Source: Tubulanus polymorphus
Lineage: Eukaryota; Animalia; Nemertea
Length of the DNA: 64,000 bases
Assembly: GCF_964204645.1 (NCBI RefSeq)
Contig: NC_134031.1
Coordinates: 21,087,910-21,151,909 of the forward strand
Reading direction: 5' to 3'
The translations under genes and the position numbers were made by a program. The notes under the pieces were generated by a model. The model saw only the letters and a program-made list of their open reading frames with translations, was not told where the DNA came from and made no database searches. How positions within the stretch are numbered: the first letter of the stretch is position 1; the number at the start of each line of letters is the position of its first letter. This document shows, piece after piece, positions 37,695 through 51,300 of the stretch.

Positions 37695-38995
37695 TTAGTG
37701 CCTCTGTGCGGCGATGGTTTTACGAAATGACAATTCTGGAACCGACATAAGAGAAGTTGCTGAATCATCACTATCTTCGTCCCTATCTTCATCTCTGAGC
37801 GTCATTGTTGAAAACCATTTCCTTACGTTAGACGTTCTGGCTGGCGCTCTCGTTGAAGCCCCTCTCGGGCACTCGCAAGGTCGTTGGTCCTTCTTCAGCC
37901 GCCGCCCGGGAAAGAGTAAGTTCGCGTGCAGCAATTTCCAGTTACGATCTCTGTGTAAATTGATCTGGTATTTACGCAGTATAGCCTTGTCGTGTGGATC
38001 GGTGTGATCGTGATTCAACTGACAATTACCGCTTCGTTTGCACATACGGTTCACCATTTTTCCGCAGAGGTGTAAATATCGACATCCATCTCCCCTATCG
38101 CAACCCTCGCCAGCGTAGTTGTAATTACGGCAAACTTTCGGGAAAATCTTTGAGACGATTTCCCGGGCGTTTTCTTCGCAACGAATGGAATCTATTTGTT
38201 TAAACTTCACGCGTAAAACAACCTAGTAAAGAATTAGATTAAGTTTTAGATCGTCGTCATGTTCATTGGGTGGTTCGTTTAGACTGGATCATTTCGGTAG
38301 AGTTTTGATACGTGTCATATTAAATGAAAAGTGGAATCTTTAAATCCATAAAATTACTTCAATTCAACTGTCCAAAGCGTGCACAAGAAAAAAAGGGATT
38401 TTGAAAATAAAGATGCTTTTTTCTGAAGGTTTTTTAGAACAAATAAATTTTTTTTGATAATATTTCAATCGAATGTCATTCGTTGATGAATTTTTTCAGA
38501 AGGAGCTGGTTCGAACCCAACCACAAGATCAACCGCTGTTCAATGGATGTAACTAACTGTATAATACCGTTTATTGTAAACCGCGCGCTGCCAGTAAGTC
38601 TGACCATGCATGTTTTGTTGGGCTGTAAATGTGTCTAAGGTAGATGCATGTTACATGTATAACCCGAATTTCGAAACTTCCGAAAATGGATTCCTTTATA
38701 TGGAGGGGGGGGGGGGGGCTAGTTTTTCGTGAATCCTAGTTGTTTGATCAATGTTAATTACCTTGTTGTGGTCATCGAGGAGTTTGTGATTAAGCTTACA
38801 CTTTTTTCTGAATATGCAACATCCGGCCAGATATGAGGGACAGATGTGAAGATACGGACAACGATCCATACGTTCGCAACCCTTTTCGCCTAATTGGTTA
38901 CCGCAGCCTCCATATCGATAGAACGAACACAATCCCACATCGGTTGAACATGGTAATCGTATGTTTATGTGCGGGGTTCGCTGAACTGTAGCCAT
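37695..38995 (-). CDS. Tandem CCCH zinc-finger protein of the ZAP (ZC3HAV1)/PARP12 N-terminal type, 2 coding exons, 253 aa
   Basis: Exons 38995-38762 and 38222-37695 (phase 0). Two finger pairs joined by the family-typical LH(I/L)C link: CSFYRYGGC..CPYLHICPSYLAGCCIFRKKCKLNH and CRNYNYAGEGCDRGDGCRYLHLCGKMVNRMCKRSGNCQLNH, followed by HNKVVL and HDKAIL. Low-complexity acidic tail, stop, AATAAA about 20 bp downstream. Confidence 0.8.
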
Positions 38996-40738
38996 TAATG
39001 ATCTTTCTAACAAGAACAAAAAATACAAAAGATACAAATTATATACGTAGATCACTTAATCATTCATTATACATTCTGGACTACAGTTTGTTCTTCGATA
39101 CATTAAATTGACAACATTTATATTATTTCTCCTCTTATTCGAAGTTGAAGTAATAATCATCGATGAAATGCACTAAATGATTTGTTCTGGCTCACAGGAA
39201 TTAAGATGTCCAACCCCCAACCCCGTCATACGAAGTACAAAGTTCACACACCCTCTCCTTGTTTTCGTTACATTTGTTCATTGGTTCATTAATTTCCGTG
39301 CGTTGTTGGTTCGTTCAAATTTATCCTTTATGACGAAAATATTTTTTTTGCGTCAAGCCCTTTATAAGCTACCATAGATTAGTTAGAAATTAGGTTGATT
39401 TCGCTTCTTCAATGCAAAAAATTGAAAACAAAATACTTAAGTCTACTGATAATGGATTGAATGTGTAATTATATACTGGGCGCGCACCTGCGACATGTAG
39501 ATTACGGACGTACCGATCTAGAAAATGCTAAATGAGGCCATATTTCCTGGTCTAGATTGAACAGCGCAGTTGGCTACTGGAGCCAGCCTAGGCCTCGGTA
39601 CTCGCGTGTTCTACCGATATATTTCATTGCAATCGAGTTTTCGCAACAGAAGTTACATCCAATAATATGTCATTGATATTACAGGCGTTTAGCGGTTCTA
39701 ACTGTGATCGAATGTTTTCGTTAGGATTTGATTTTCACAAAACTTTTTTTCATGGTTCAGTGGATGATTTATAATTGGGATTAGGTATTATGCAATACGG
39801 AAGGAAGTCCGTTCGTGTAGGCCTATTTACTATACGTTCATCAATTAAAAAAGAATTCCGAGAGAACATCTCTTGCCCACTGTCCACTCTTTTTTACTGG
39901 TCGCCTCCCCCGATAACGAAAGAAGGTATAGGCTGGCCCTATATCTTTTAGCCCTGATAATTTTCATGGTTAAACTGCAAAAAATGATAAAATTTATTGC
40001 TATGTGAAATGTCTAGACGCACGTACCTGCAGCGAAAATTAGAACGAATCGCAATAGATTTTCTGCGTTTCGGGGAAACCCACAACTCTTACCAGTTATT
40101 TCAGTATGGTGGCTGATCAGGGCCATGCGGAGTACTGATCCAGAAATCAATGATGCGCGGCGCGCGCGAAGAGTGGTCGTTTTACGCTGTCCACGAGGAA
40201 AGCTAATCGCGATGGGTCGATCACAGTTTGTCACAATGCAACACTCCACAAGCCTCCATTTTAAACAAAGACGTATCGGTATTTAGATATTTCATTTGTC
40301 AGGACCTATCGCAATAGGATAAAAACAAGCAGTGGCGATTCGATCTCTAAGGATCGATTTATTTTGTCTGGGATCATTTTTTTTTTGATATTCGTGCTAT
40401 TGAACAGGCGTATGATCACTGTGCCATTTGAATTGGGGGTGCCTCCGCTCCACCAGAGAAAAGTTTGACGGTCCCTCGGTCGTAGATTCTGATACCAGAC
40501 GTTGTACGGTTCCCTAAAATTGTGGTTAGAGGTTTATTCCCAGAGACCCCTCCACCCCTACGAGCTTAGCTCGAAAGATTTTGACTAGTCAGTGCAAAAT
40601 GCGTAAGGCAAGTTCTCTTTGATACCTTATCGGCCACCATACTTTCTTCTCCCGAAGAAAAGAAACTTTGGCCCTGGTGCGTTCGCGTAGTTATACATTC
40701 ATGTTTATATCATAATAATCGCCTTCAGTTTGTCAGGT

Positions 40739-40810
40739 GGGGTTGTAGCTCAGTGGTAGAGCGTCCGCTTTGCATGCGGAAGGCCCGGGGTTCGAAACCC
40801 CGCAACTCCA
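40739..40810 (+). tRNA. tRNA-Ala, anticodon TGC
   Basis: 72-nt cloverleaf GGGGTTG TA GCTC AGTGGTA GAGC G TCCGC TTTGCAT GCGGA AGGCC CGGGG TTCGAAA CCCCG CAACTCC A. It has the G3:U70 Ala identity pair and an oligo-T Pol III terminator just downstream. Confidence 0.97.
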
Positions 40811-41335
40811 AAGTGTTTTTTTCTTAGGGATTCTTGTTCTCGGCGGCTGGTTTTTTTATTTCTTTCGGTCGCTTGTTCTCGGCGGTTTGGTTATTATTAT
40901 CATGGTGATATCAAACCGAGATGAATGCGACGATACGATGGCGCCACTGTTTTGGTTGGTACCGGATAATCGAATTGTCGCAGTAACGTTACAATAAGCA
41001 TTTGCTGATTGTCATTGAGCTGCGCCATAACCATATCAATCCAATCACAATCAATTCAATGACTGCCTGACTGACCGTGCGAGTACCTGCGTTAATCGGG
41101 GTCTAAGTGTTAAATGCAGTAGCTATTCTAAAAGCTTTACTATTGTTTAATTATTTTGTTTTGATCATTTGCTCCTGAATCGTTGACGCGATAAATCAGA
41201 GGAAAATCTAGAGGCCAGCAGCAGGCCAAACATTTTCTGGTAGTCGCAAGTCGGCTGCCCTGTCATCAATTTCACCACACACTGACACAAGTCGTGATTT
41301 CGCTTTGCTGCTGTGGCCTTAGGCTATTTTGCACG

Positions 41336-43698
41336 ATGCCGAAAATCCGTAAAAATTGCGTAAAACCAAGAAATCTTGGATTAGCTAAACGAGTAAGTAA
41401 TTAATGGAAATATATGAATATTTTATTCTTCTTGTGTCGCTACCTTATACACCTGTTCACTGGACGGAAACCCTATCGAAAACCTAAACCCTAATCGTTC
41501 ACTTCAGGGATGTATGAGATATTCTCGGGAGGTGTTAAATTAATAATATATTTAAGTACCATTAATTTCAAGCCCAGAAAAGTCTAGTTAGTAACCTAAT
41601 CGTTGGTGGTAAGCTTTTTATAATCGGATGGGCTTATACCAACGTTTGTCTGTTTTGTGAAAATATCCGATCGTGAAACTAAACAACAGTCAGGTTACTT
41701 ACTAAGAAAAGTCCAATTCCAGACTTTAATTGTCGAGGTATGCGCTAGGCGCCTAACTACATATAGTTTAGGCTCTGTTTGCCTAGCACAGTAAGAATTC
41801 CTCAGCTTTAGGTCTCAAATACTAATGTAGATTTAGCATATTTTTTAAGGGATTAAAAAAGTGCATGAAACAATTCAAGATCATATTTTTAATGATAATC
41901 AAAATGAACAGTGATAGATGATCATCCAGCCAATTTTATCTTATCGGTTCAGCTATAACATAGTGTTATCAGTGATAGCAATCTTTTTGATTTTATCATC
42001 AATTGTTCACTATGCTGTTTGTATCGACATTTTTGGACCAGGAAAGACCCAGGAAAACTTAACAGAAAAATGAGATGGATGAAAAGACAAGGATATTAAA
42101 AACGTATGGAGAATTCATGCTTTTCAAATTTACTTACAGAAAGGTGATGGAGAATTGATTTTGACGTGTTCACCCGGAGAATCTTTAGGCGATACTAAAA
42201 GTAAAACGCCTTCGCAGATGCTCATAATAAATCATGATTCCAATCTCGACCAAGGTATGCTATGAAAAGTGAACTGGTGAAATTCAGTTCTAGGCTTTGT
42301 CTCATTCTAGTTTAAACGATGAATGAATATATGAGATATTTGATTTTTTCAGCTGAATTTAACATCTATTCTATGGATGAAAGCGGTCAGGTGATTCCTA
42401 CAATGGATATAAACTCGGATGAGTTGGGCGCGAACATCAATATGAGCGGTTCGTTCGACGCGAGCAAGCATTATTCCTGCCTCGAATGCGGGAAATCCTT
42501 CGCGAGCGATATCTCGCTGCGAACGCATATACGTCTGCATCGTCAGCCGCAGGTGTGCGAAACATGCAGTGAATCATTCCCTACGAAACACGGCCTCGAA
42601 CATCACATTCAGATCGCGCATCAGAAAAAACACGTGTGGACGTGTCAGGAGTGCGGCGCGAGTTTCGTAGATCGGGTGAATTTACGCGCTCATCGCGACG
42701 ACGTTCACGCCGAGACGTACAAACCGTACGAGTGTAATTTATGCGACGAACGTTTCGGTCACATGGTATCGTTGATCACTCACATGCGCGATCACACCGG
42801 TAAGAAAACATTGTTCCAGTGTTGGCATTGTCCTCAGGAGTTTAACGACGTAGGTCGAATGGTGCTGCATATGAAACGCCATTTTAACTGCGACGATGTG
42901 TTTGATTGCGACCGTTGCGAACAGAGTTTCGACTCGAAACAGCGTTTAGACAATCACGTTAAAATTCATAACGGCGTGAAACCGTTTAAATGCGGCGTCT
43001 GCGAAGATTTGTTCGAAACTTTAGCCGAATATCGCAGTCATTCGCAGGATCATTGTAAATGTAAGGGTTGCCATAGAGTATTCAAAACTCCGAATTCCGC
43101 GCGAAATCATATGAAGAGTTGTTTACGCTTGAAAATGGCTGCTGGTAACGATTACTACGAAAACGCGTCGACCGCCGACGACGATGTTTGGAAGTTCATG
43201 TGCGGCGGGTGTAATGCTAAATTTTGCACCGAAGAATATCTACAAGCGCACATGCTGGCGTGCGTCAAGAATCGACGATCCGACGACGAAATGTTGACGA
43301 CGCCGACTACAATCGACGACGTCGTCAACGAGGAAATTCTGGCGACGCAAAGTCGAAAAATTGGTGAAGGTATCGTCGCCGACGACGACGGGCTGTCGAA
43401 ACGAGAATTAGCAATTATTGACGATGTGGTTAAAAAGATCGACAGCAGCGTGGAGAAATATAAAAACGGTATTTTTTACAAGTGTTCGTATTGTAACAAG
43501 AATTTAACGACGTTCGATCAGATGATGAAACATTTAATGACGTTGCATCAGTATATTCCGTTACGTGTTTGTTGTAATTGTAAACGATCGTTCGCTAATA
43601 AACAAGCGATTGATTTACACATGCACCTGGAATGTCTCAGTAGTAGCAGCGCCGCTAAAACTATCAGTTTACCTATTTCAAAGCAGGCTACGAAATGA
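41336..43698 (+). CDS. C2H2 zinc-finger protein, about 505 aa
   Basis: Main exon 42353-43698 has about 11 C2H2/C2HC fingers with HTGKK and HNGVKPF linkers. Inferred upstream coding exons 41336-41392 (MPKIRKNCVKPRNLGLAKR, GTAAGT donor) and 42140-42254 keep frame; the 5' model is less certain than the main exon. Confidence 0.85.
41590..41699. mobile_element. Small dispersed MITE-like repeat (AGTAACCT...AGGTTACT), copy 1
   Basis: 8-bp inverted ends; close copy at 59223-59336. Confidence 0.7.
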
Positions 43699-45336
43699 AA
43701 TAAGCGTTGCTAATAGCTACGTAAGATTCTCTATCAGTAATCGAATTTATGCCGATGAATATTCAAGATATGTTTTATACGGTTTAAAACTGAACCGTTC
43801 GAGTTTTGCCTCAACAGCTAAACATCTTTATTTGATTACAGACATGTAGTTAATACCATTATCAATGGTTCGCATACTTTACCCGTAAACCCGAGAAAAC
43901 ACCTGTTTGCCTTCTGGTACCATATATACATCATTATTATTATTGCTTACTTCATTTCTTGAACAGATTAAGGCAAGATATGATTTTTTGTATACATCAG
44001 ACAATCCATGTAAGCATGGAATCACCAGGGATGATATTTCCCTAAGTTAGATTATTACCTGAAGGGTAAGAAATATCAAAACATATCACCAGATTTTCTG
44101 TAAAAACTTGACTCGCAAATTATCTGTACAAAGATTTATTGATTATTTATGATACCAAAAAAGTATCTAAAAAAAAGGTTGAGGACTTGTTGATTATTGT
44201 AAATTAGTTTTGTGTTTATCAGAAAAAAAATGTGAATGGACTTTTATGTAACCGGTATATGACTATTGAAAACAGAATTTGTACATGTTTTTACCAGATA
44301 AATATATATTTAAAAGTTCAAAATCTGTACCGAGTTATAGTTCTACATTTTTCCGAAAGGTGGCGACTTGGTCGTACTTAGTTGCGGTTGCTGGAAGCTT
44401 TTTGGGTGTGGTTGTTTTGGCACAGATTGGTTTCTAGGTGTGGCTTCCATCTATTGCGTGTTGGTTAGATATCGGTTTCCTAGGCTCAGCGTAGAATGAG
44501 ATAAGAAAGTTTTAGCATTCCAGTCACATCAAGGCATAGAAGGAATTAAGCTAAGAAATAAACGCATCCTTCAGAACGGTTACTCATTACTGGAATGACG
44601 CAAATACAAATGTAAAACGCGATATGGTCAATGACATTATCGGAATAGTTTTGGGATTCGAAACTGCTTTAGTGCGAATTACCTGCTGCGCATGCGGTTT
44701 ATCCAGGATGCCGCTCGATACTACGAAATATCAATAACTACCATAATAAACATAGGGCCCAAAAAGAAACAAGTGTTTACTGTTTGACAGCTGAAGGCTA
44801 AGGAAGCAGATAAGTCAAATGGAATCGTGTCCGTGATTTTTGAAATAACAAACCATGTAGTCACAGCTCAGGTAACTCAACTGCTTGAGAAATTTCTTTT
44901 TTTCGGTTTCTTTAGAAATAAAATTGTCACCTGGTCACAGGGGTTTGTCACAATTTGAATAGGGATGATGATACCAAGGTCCAAGTATTCAAGTTATTCT
45001 CTTTTTATAGGAGGGATACTGGTATCATCCACCCACCATCAAATTGTGACGAGCCCCTATCAAAATTATCAATGCTCGTGTAGACCTAGGACGGACTAGG
45101 TAGTAGTAGCCAGCGCAATTTGGTTGATACCTGGGATTGGAGGAGGCAGGAAAGAAGAACACCCTCAATTTGTTTGAATTGTCGAACTAGCAGTTGATGT
45201 TTTACTGATGAAGATAAAAATGTAAATCGTTAATAATTATTTCAGATTTCACGAACGATGATGAGGATTATTAGAGCGATGACTGGGGTTGATTCAATGA
45301 TTGTCTAATACTTTAAAGATCGAGGATTTATCTTAA

Positions 45337-48300
45337 ATGACTGATCCGAATTTTGTAAATATGTTCGCCGAAAAAGCCCTGGAGGCCTCGAAGAACGGCG
45401 ACTACGCGCTTCTCGGATCGTTGAAATCCGGAAACTGTTTACGTGAGGATTACGTCGATCAGAGTGGCGCCACCTGCGTGCATTATGCGGCTCGAGTCGG
45501 TAAAATCGACGTTCTACAATATTTGATCGAGGATTGTGAGTTTAGCGGAGCGCGGAGGTCGTTGATCGGCGCGACACCGGCTCACGATGCGTCCGCCACC
45601 GGACAGCTCAACGCTCTCCAGTGGTTACTACAGTATACAGTGTGTTCTATCGAGGACCGAGATGAAACTGGCGCGACTTGTTTACATTTAGCTGCACGAT
45701 TTGGACATTTAAACATCGTGAAATGGTTAACGAATGAAGCTGGAGTTAACGTGATGGATAAGACATCCACTGGTGCTATTCCTCTACATTTCGCCGCAGC
45801 TAAAGGAGATTTAGAATCAGTGAAGGTTCTTATTCAGAAATCACCCAGGTATGTCACCTGTCAACTGTCAATCTAGTATCCATGATTACTCCTTCTGCTG
45901 TCTGTACCACCTACCCCCCATAATCAACTGTCTGTACCCACTCCTGCTGTCTGTACCATCTACCCCCCATAAACAATCTACTGTCTGAACCCACCTCTTG
46001 GGATATTAACAGGCTATTGCCCCCAACCAAAATCCCACTGCATTTCAAATCAATTCACATTCAGTTTTCATATTTCTTAGTCCCTATATAATTGATAAGC
46101 AATACAGTGAATCTCCCTTCAAGTCTATCCCCCCAAAAAACTATGATAAAGCAAATATATAGGCCTATATCATGAGTGAAAAAAGAATTTAAAGACGTTG
46201 ATGTTTGTTGGGACATGTATGTTATACGCTGCCTATCTGTGTCTTCCTGTACCAGCTGTGTGATAAAGTATTGTGTCGTCACAGAAACCTGCAGCACTGT
46301 TTAAAAACATTCATCAATCATCATAAATCATAGTTATTTCGAGATATGCCTAGATGTATGGGTGTAAAGATACCAAGGCCTAACTATTTAGCTGATTTGT
46401 CAAATAAACACTAATCCATCTAATAATTGAGAAGTACCACTTTGTAAATTTACAATAAGTAATTTTATACTTTTTTAAACATTTAGGCTGGATACACATA
46501 ATGCAGTTTGATAAATATACCACATTATTCATTGTAAATTCTCTGCAGAAAATATTCCAGCCTGTAAAATTCTATTCTATTTTCAAGTACAAAACCTTGT
46601 AATGGCCATTTGACATCCATTTTCATTAGACATAGAACTCAGAAATTTGGTCAACATTATTTTGAGTTTTTTTTCAACTTGAATGACATTTTATTACATT
46701 ACAGTAATAATAGAAGGAAAGAATCGGGTTTGTAGATTCCTACAGTAGCGCTGACTATGGATGTGCATTATAAGAGACTTTCACTCACTCGACCTAATCC
46801 ATATTTTCATCACGTTAACAACATGATGGTATATTATTCACTTCAGAGTTCAGTAATCATGCTATTTTTATATGGGACGCAATGCAGCTTATGGAATCGA
46901 TTTGATATCATTTCCGCTGTTAATTGATTTCTGTGTCAGGCACAGAAACCAGTCAACTGAAGCGCCTACAGTATTTCCACTCATGTCGATCATGCTTCCC
47001 CTGTTATTTGATAAGTCATATAATCGGGGCCTTGCCAAAAACCATCAATTTAGTTCCCCTGAAATATTGTCAGTGCCTACTCTTCCCTTAACCCTTCATT
47101 CACTTTACCCTCAGCCGGTATAGAGTGTAATGTTGTGTCAGTGAATTATTAATTCATGATTTTTAAATGTGAGTTATTGGTTGAATCTATTCATCATCAT
47201 TTTCGTCAGATAAACTCTATATGTCTATCCGCAGTCCAAACAATGGCTGACCGTACATGAATGTTGTTGTCCATTACAAAGATTTTGTTGGTTTCGGTGA
47301 AACTGTTTCAGTGCTGACTCATTAATTCCTGAAAGTGCTGAACATGGGATACACGTTTAGGCGCTTGTTTTTAACTCTTTATCAATTACAATCTTCATCG
47401 AAATATCGATGAAATGAAAAAAAGTCACTTGTCGAAAATAATGAAATACAAATGAATTTATTCAGCGATTGTTAATGACTCGTAGTCATGGTGATATGAG
47501 GCACGGGGTGTGGAGGGTACGGAACCTCATTTATTCGAACGAACAAAACAAACTGTTTGAAAAGGTTATGTCTACACGGACTCAGTGTCTCTAGTGTCAA
47601 ACCTGGACAGTTTCACTTCTTTGAGGGCAAATTTATTACAAAATAATTTGAAAATACTAAAAGTCTGAATAATTACCAGTTCTTTTTCAATTTAACAACT
47701 TTTTAATGAAAAATTACTGGCATTAGTGGTGAAAACATTACTCATTAGATCGGGTTTTCTAAAACCCCCTATTGCTGTATCGGATGCAGTTCAGGATTTT
47801 GAAACTTTTAGACTCTGAATGTTTTTATATTTGGCTGAAAACAGTTTGAATTTTGATGAAATAACGATATATTTTAAATTTTAGATCGGTGGATGTACAG
47901 ATGAAGAATGGTGTTACAGTGTGTTATCTGGCGTGTCAGGAGGGACACCTCGACGTAGTAAAATACCTAGTACTAGAAACCGGTGCGTCTGAAAATATCA
48001 AAGCGTTTGATGGCATGTGTTGCGTGCACGCTGCTGCTCAGGCTGGACATCTGACTGTATTAGAATGGCTGGTAAATATAATTACTGCCACTGATGAGTG
48101 GAAAATCTGTAGCTACGTGTTAATCACATGCACATCTTAATATTTGAACTTTTGGTTCTCAGGCCTCTGTGAGACCCTTATTCTTTCGTACTGTTTGTAT
48201 ATTTCACATACCAGGGGCCAATCTAGGAAATTTGGAAGGCTGGAGTCCAGAAGAAAATCAGCACTAGCGGAGTTGCAATCTCTGATATCAAACTTACAGG

Positions 48301-51300
48301 TTTAATCTCTGTCTTGACAAGAAGGATAACCTCAGATGGAAGGCCCTGAACCTCACGGAACCACCCCATAAATCTGTCCCTGCAATTTATGATGTTAATA
48401 ATCAAAAAGATCTTGTTATCATTTCCATATTGGTTTTTTTCTGCAAATATTTTTTTGCAATTCACCCGCTGTTGTTTTAGGTTGTTGAAAGGAGATGTAA
48501 TGCTAATGACTGTGATGTAGATGGCTCGAGTACTGTACACTTCGCCGCCAGTAAGGGCCATACAGAAGTATTAAAATGGTTATTATCTCGCGGTGTTCCG
48601 TTCGTCAGGGATAAAATAGGCGGCACCGCCCTCCATGATGGAGCAGAGTCAGGTCAGACTGAGGTAAGAGTTTCACACACGTAGGTATCAAACTGCTGCT
48701 CAGATCCTCAACAATGGTGAATGCGTTTAGGCGACAACTCAATCGCAATTTACTCCATTTTCGATTAACTTTCTTCTAGATTTTTAGCCTCCTTTGCGGC
48801 ACAATTTTCATTCATCATTCATGAAAATTGAAAAAATGTGGATACATTTTAATTCAATTTGAGAGAAAATTCCGCATCAGAGTCCTGGTGGATTCTGAAT
48901 CCACAATCGCCACAGTCGATTACGCACTCCTCATTAAGAGTATAGGCATTTCTAAAGAATTGATTCTTGTCATTTACAAAAGAATCGTCCATTGAAGCAA
49001 AGATTGTATGACATTATATTACAACCTGTGGAAGATAGAAAATAAAATCAATTTGTGAAGAATTGATGTGACATTTCGATGGTTTAGATCATATTTTAAA
49101 ATTTCCTATATTTCCCTAGGGTCGTCGTGTATATTTTCATACAATGCCAACTGTTTAGATCAACATTGTGCACGGATGAATAATTAGAATTACTAATTAT
49201 ATGAAATATTATGATTATTGAATTTATCCTCAGAGAATTTTAGTCGCGATCCACAAAAGAGAAGTAATTTTTCTCTCACTGATGGAATATAAAACCTAAA
49301 CAGTCTGAGGCATCTGACATGTGGCTAGAATACCCTGAATACCGTACAGCTTTCAAAATGGCAGCCTTTTCATCTGAAGTGACTGTGTGTTAAAACTGGG
49401 TCTCAGTGACAGAATAACTATGAGAGACTAGTTGTTGAACTGCGCTCAGGGTGCCAGTGCTGCGCTCAGGGTGCCAGTGCTGCGCTCAGGGTGCTTGTGC
49501 TGCGCTCAGGGTGCTTGTGCTGCGCTCAGGGTGCCAGTGCTGCGCTCAGGGTGCTTGTGCTGCGCTCAGGGTGCCAGTGCTGCGTTCAGGGTGCCAGTGC
49601 TGCGCTCAGGGTGCCAGTGGTGCGCTCAGGATTCCAGTAACTCGAATCATTGACCCTTTAGTTTCATAGTTTTATGTTTCATTTTGATTAGGATGGTATT
49701 GAGACAAATGGAGGTACTCCATTACATGATGCGGCCAAAAATGGCCATCTCGAGGTTTGTGCCGTTCTCTGCATGTACTATAAATAGCACAATGTATCGT
49801 GTTACGATCAAAAATTGATGTTGTTTTTCTTATTCTATTGATAATGTACAAAAACAAATGAAAATGTAAATCTTACTCTTACAAAATGCATGCTCTAAAC
49901 TAAGTGCTCACAGCAAGAAAAACATTGAACCAAGAAACAGACTTAAATAGTTTCGATGTTTGCAAGTTTAAACAAGAAACATACTTATACAGCACCACTA
50001 GCAATCGCATGAGATCAAAATGATGTTTGATTAGCCTTGTGTTGTCACTGATTGGTTATTGTGATTTTCCTTTTTGAACTATCGATATAGTGATTTATTG
50101 TTTTAGATGTGAAAAGTGATCTTATTACAAGAGATAAAATTGTATGAATACTTCTTTCTACATTGTGTGCAGTATAATGGGCGTCAATGGTCTAACAGGA
50201 AGACATTGCTCTAACAATATGCTGTCCCGAGATCGAATACTGCAGTTTCTATTCCATTTCTCAGTTAATAATATTTTTGTTATTGTAACCTGTATATTTT
50301 TAGTGTGTGAAGGTGCTATTGGATTATGGTTGCGATCCATCTATCGCTGATAGTAAAGGGTTAACGGCTATTGAACTCGCCGATAAATGCAACCAAAAGG
50401 AATGCGTGGATTTGATTCGCGGCTGGGAACAACGAAAAGCAGTAAGTAAACAGGTAACAGATTGTAAGTCAGAGGTGTTTGGACTGAAGGATTTTTGACG
50501 ACTTTGTCTAACTGTGAGAATCAAGCTTTTGAATAATGAAAACTATGAGATACAGTGCTCAACCTGAGTACCATATATTGACTAATATAATGACTGCAAT
50601 ATAGTGACTTCAGTGAGGCCTCAATGTAATAAACTGATTTCAATATATTGAACGTCATCTACTGAATTATCGAAAGAGCAGCGAGAAATATGATTGACCT
50701 CTCAGAATTTCATCTAGTTCTCTTTGATTATTGATTCATTTCCCAGGAAAGAGTTGATTTGATCACAATTGATATGGATTAGAAATTGAACAGGAAAGAC
50801 CGAGTTACTTCTCGTGAACCCTTCTATAATTGTCCGTACGGAATTGTCTCAGTAAACATTTTACTCTTTCTATAAACAGTTTAATCGAAGGTCGAGTAAT
50901 TTAAGTGATGATTCTGGAACGACGTATTCACCGCGTGATTCTAACTCGTTAAACGGGCAGGAAACGCCAAAAGATTCATTGTCATCGTTGAATGAACATA
51001 TGATTGATGCGGAAACCATGACGACGAATACTTTAAACTTCGTCGCACCCCCGAGTCGTGAGAACGACAAAATTAACGCGGAAAATATTAGAAATAACAA
51101 CAAATCGTCGAGCATTACCGGCACACCGGGTAGAATGGAAACTGATATTGATGGAAAGAAAATGCAGAAAAATTGGGCGCCACCTATAATGAATAATGCA
51201 CCGCAAAGTGGTCGCCCTTCGGACTGGCAACAACAGCAGACAGCTGTCGGCAGTACGGGACGTTCACAGACACCGACTAATTGGGAGCCACCGTCTGTAG

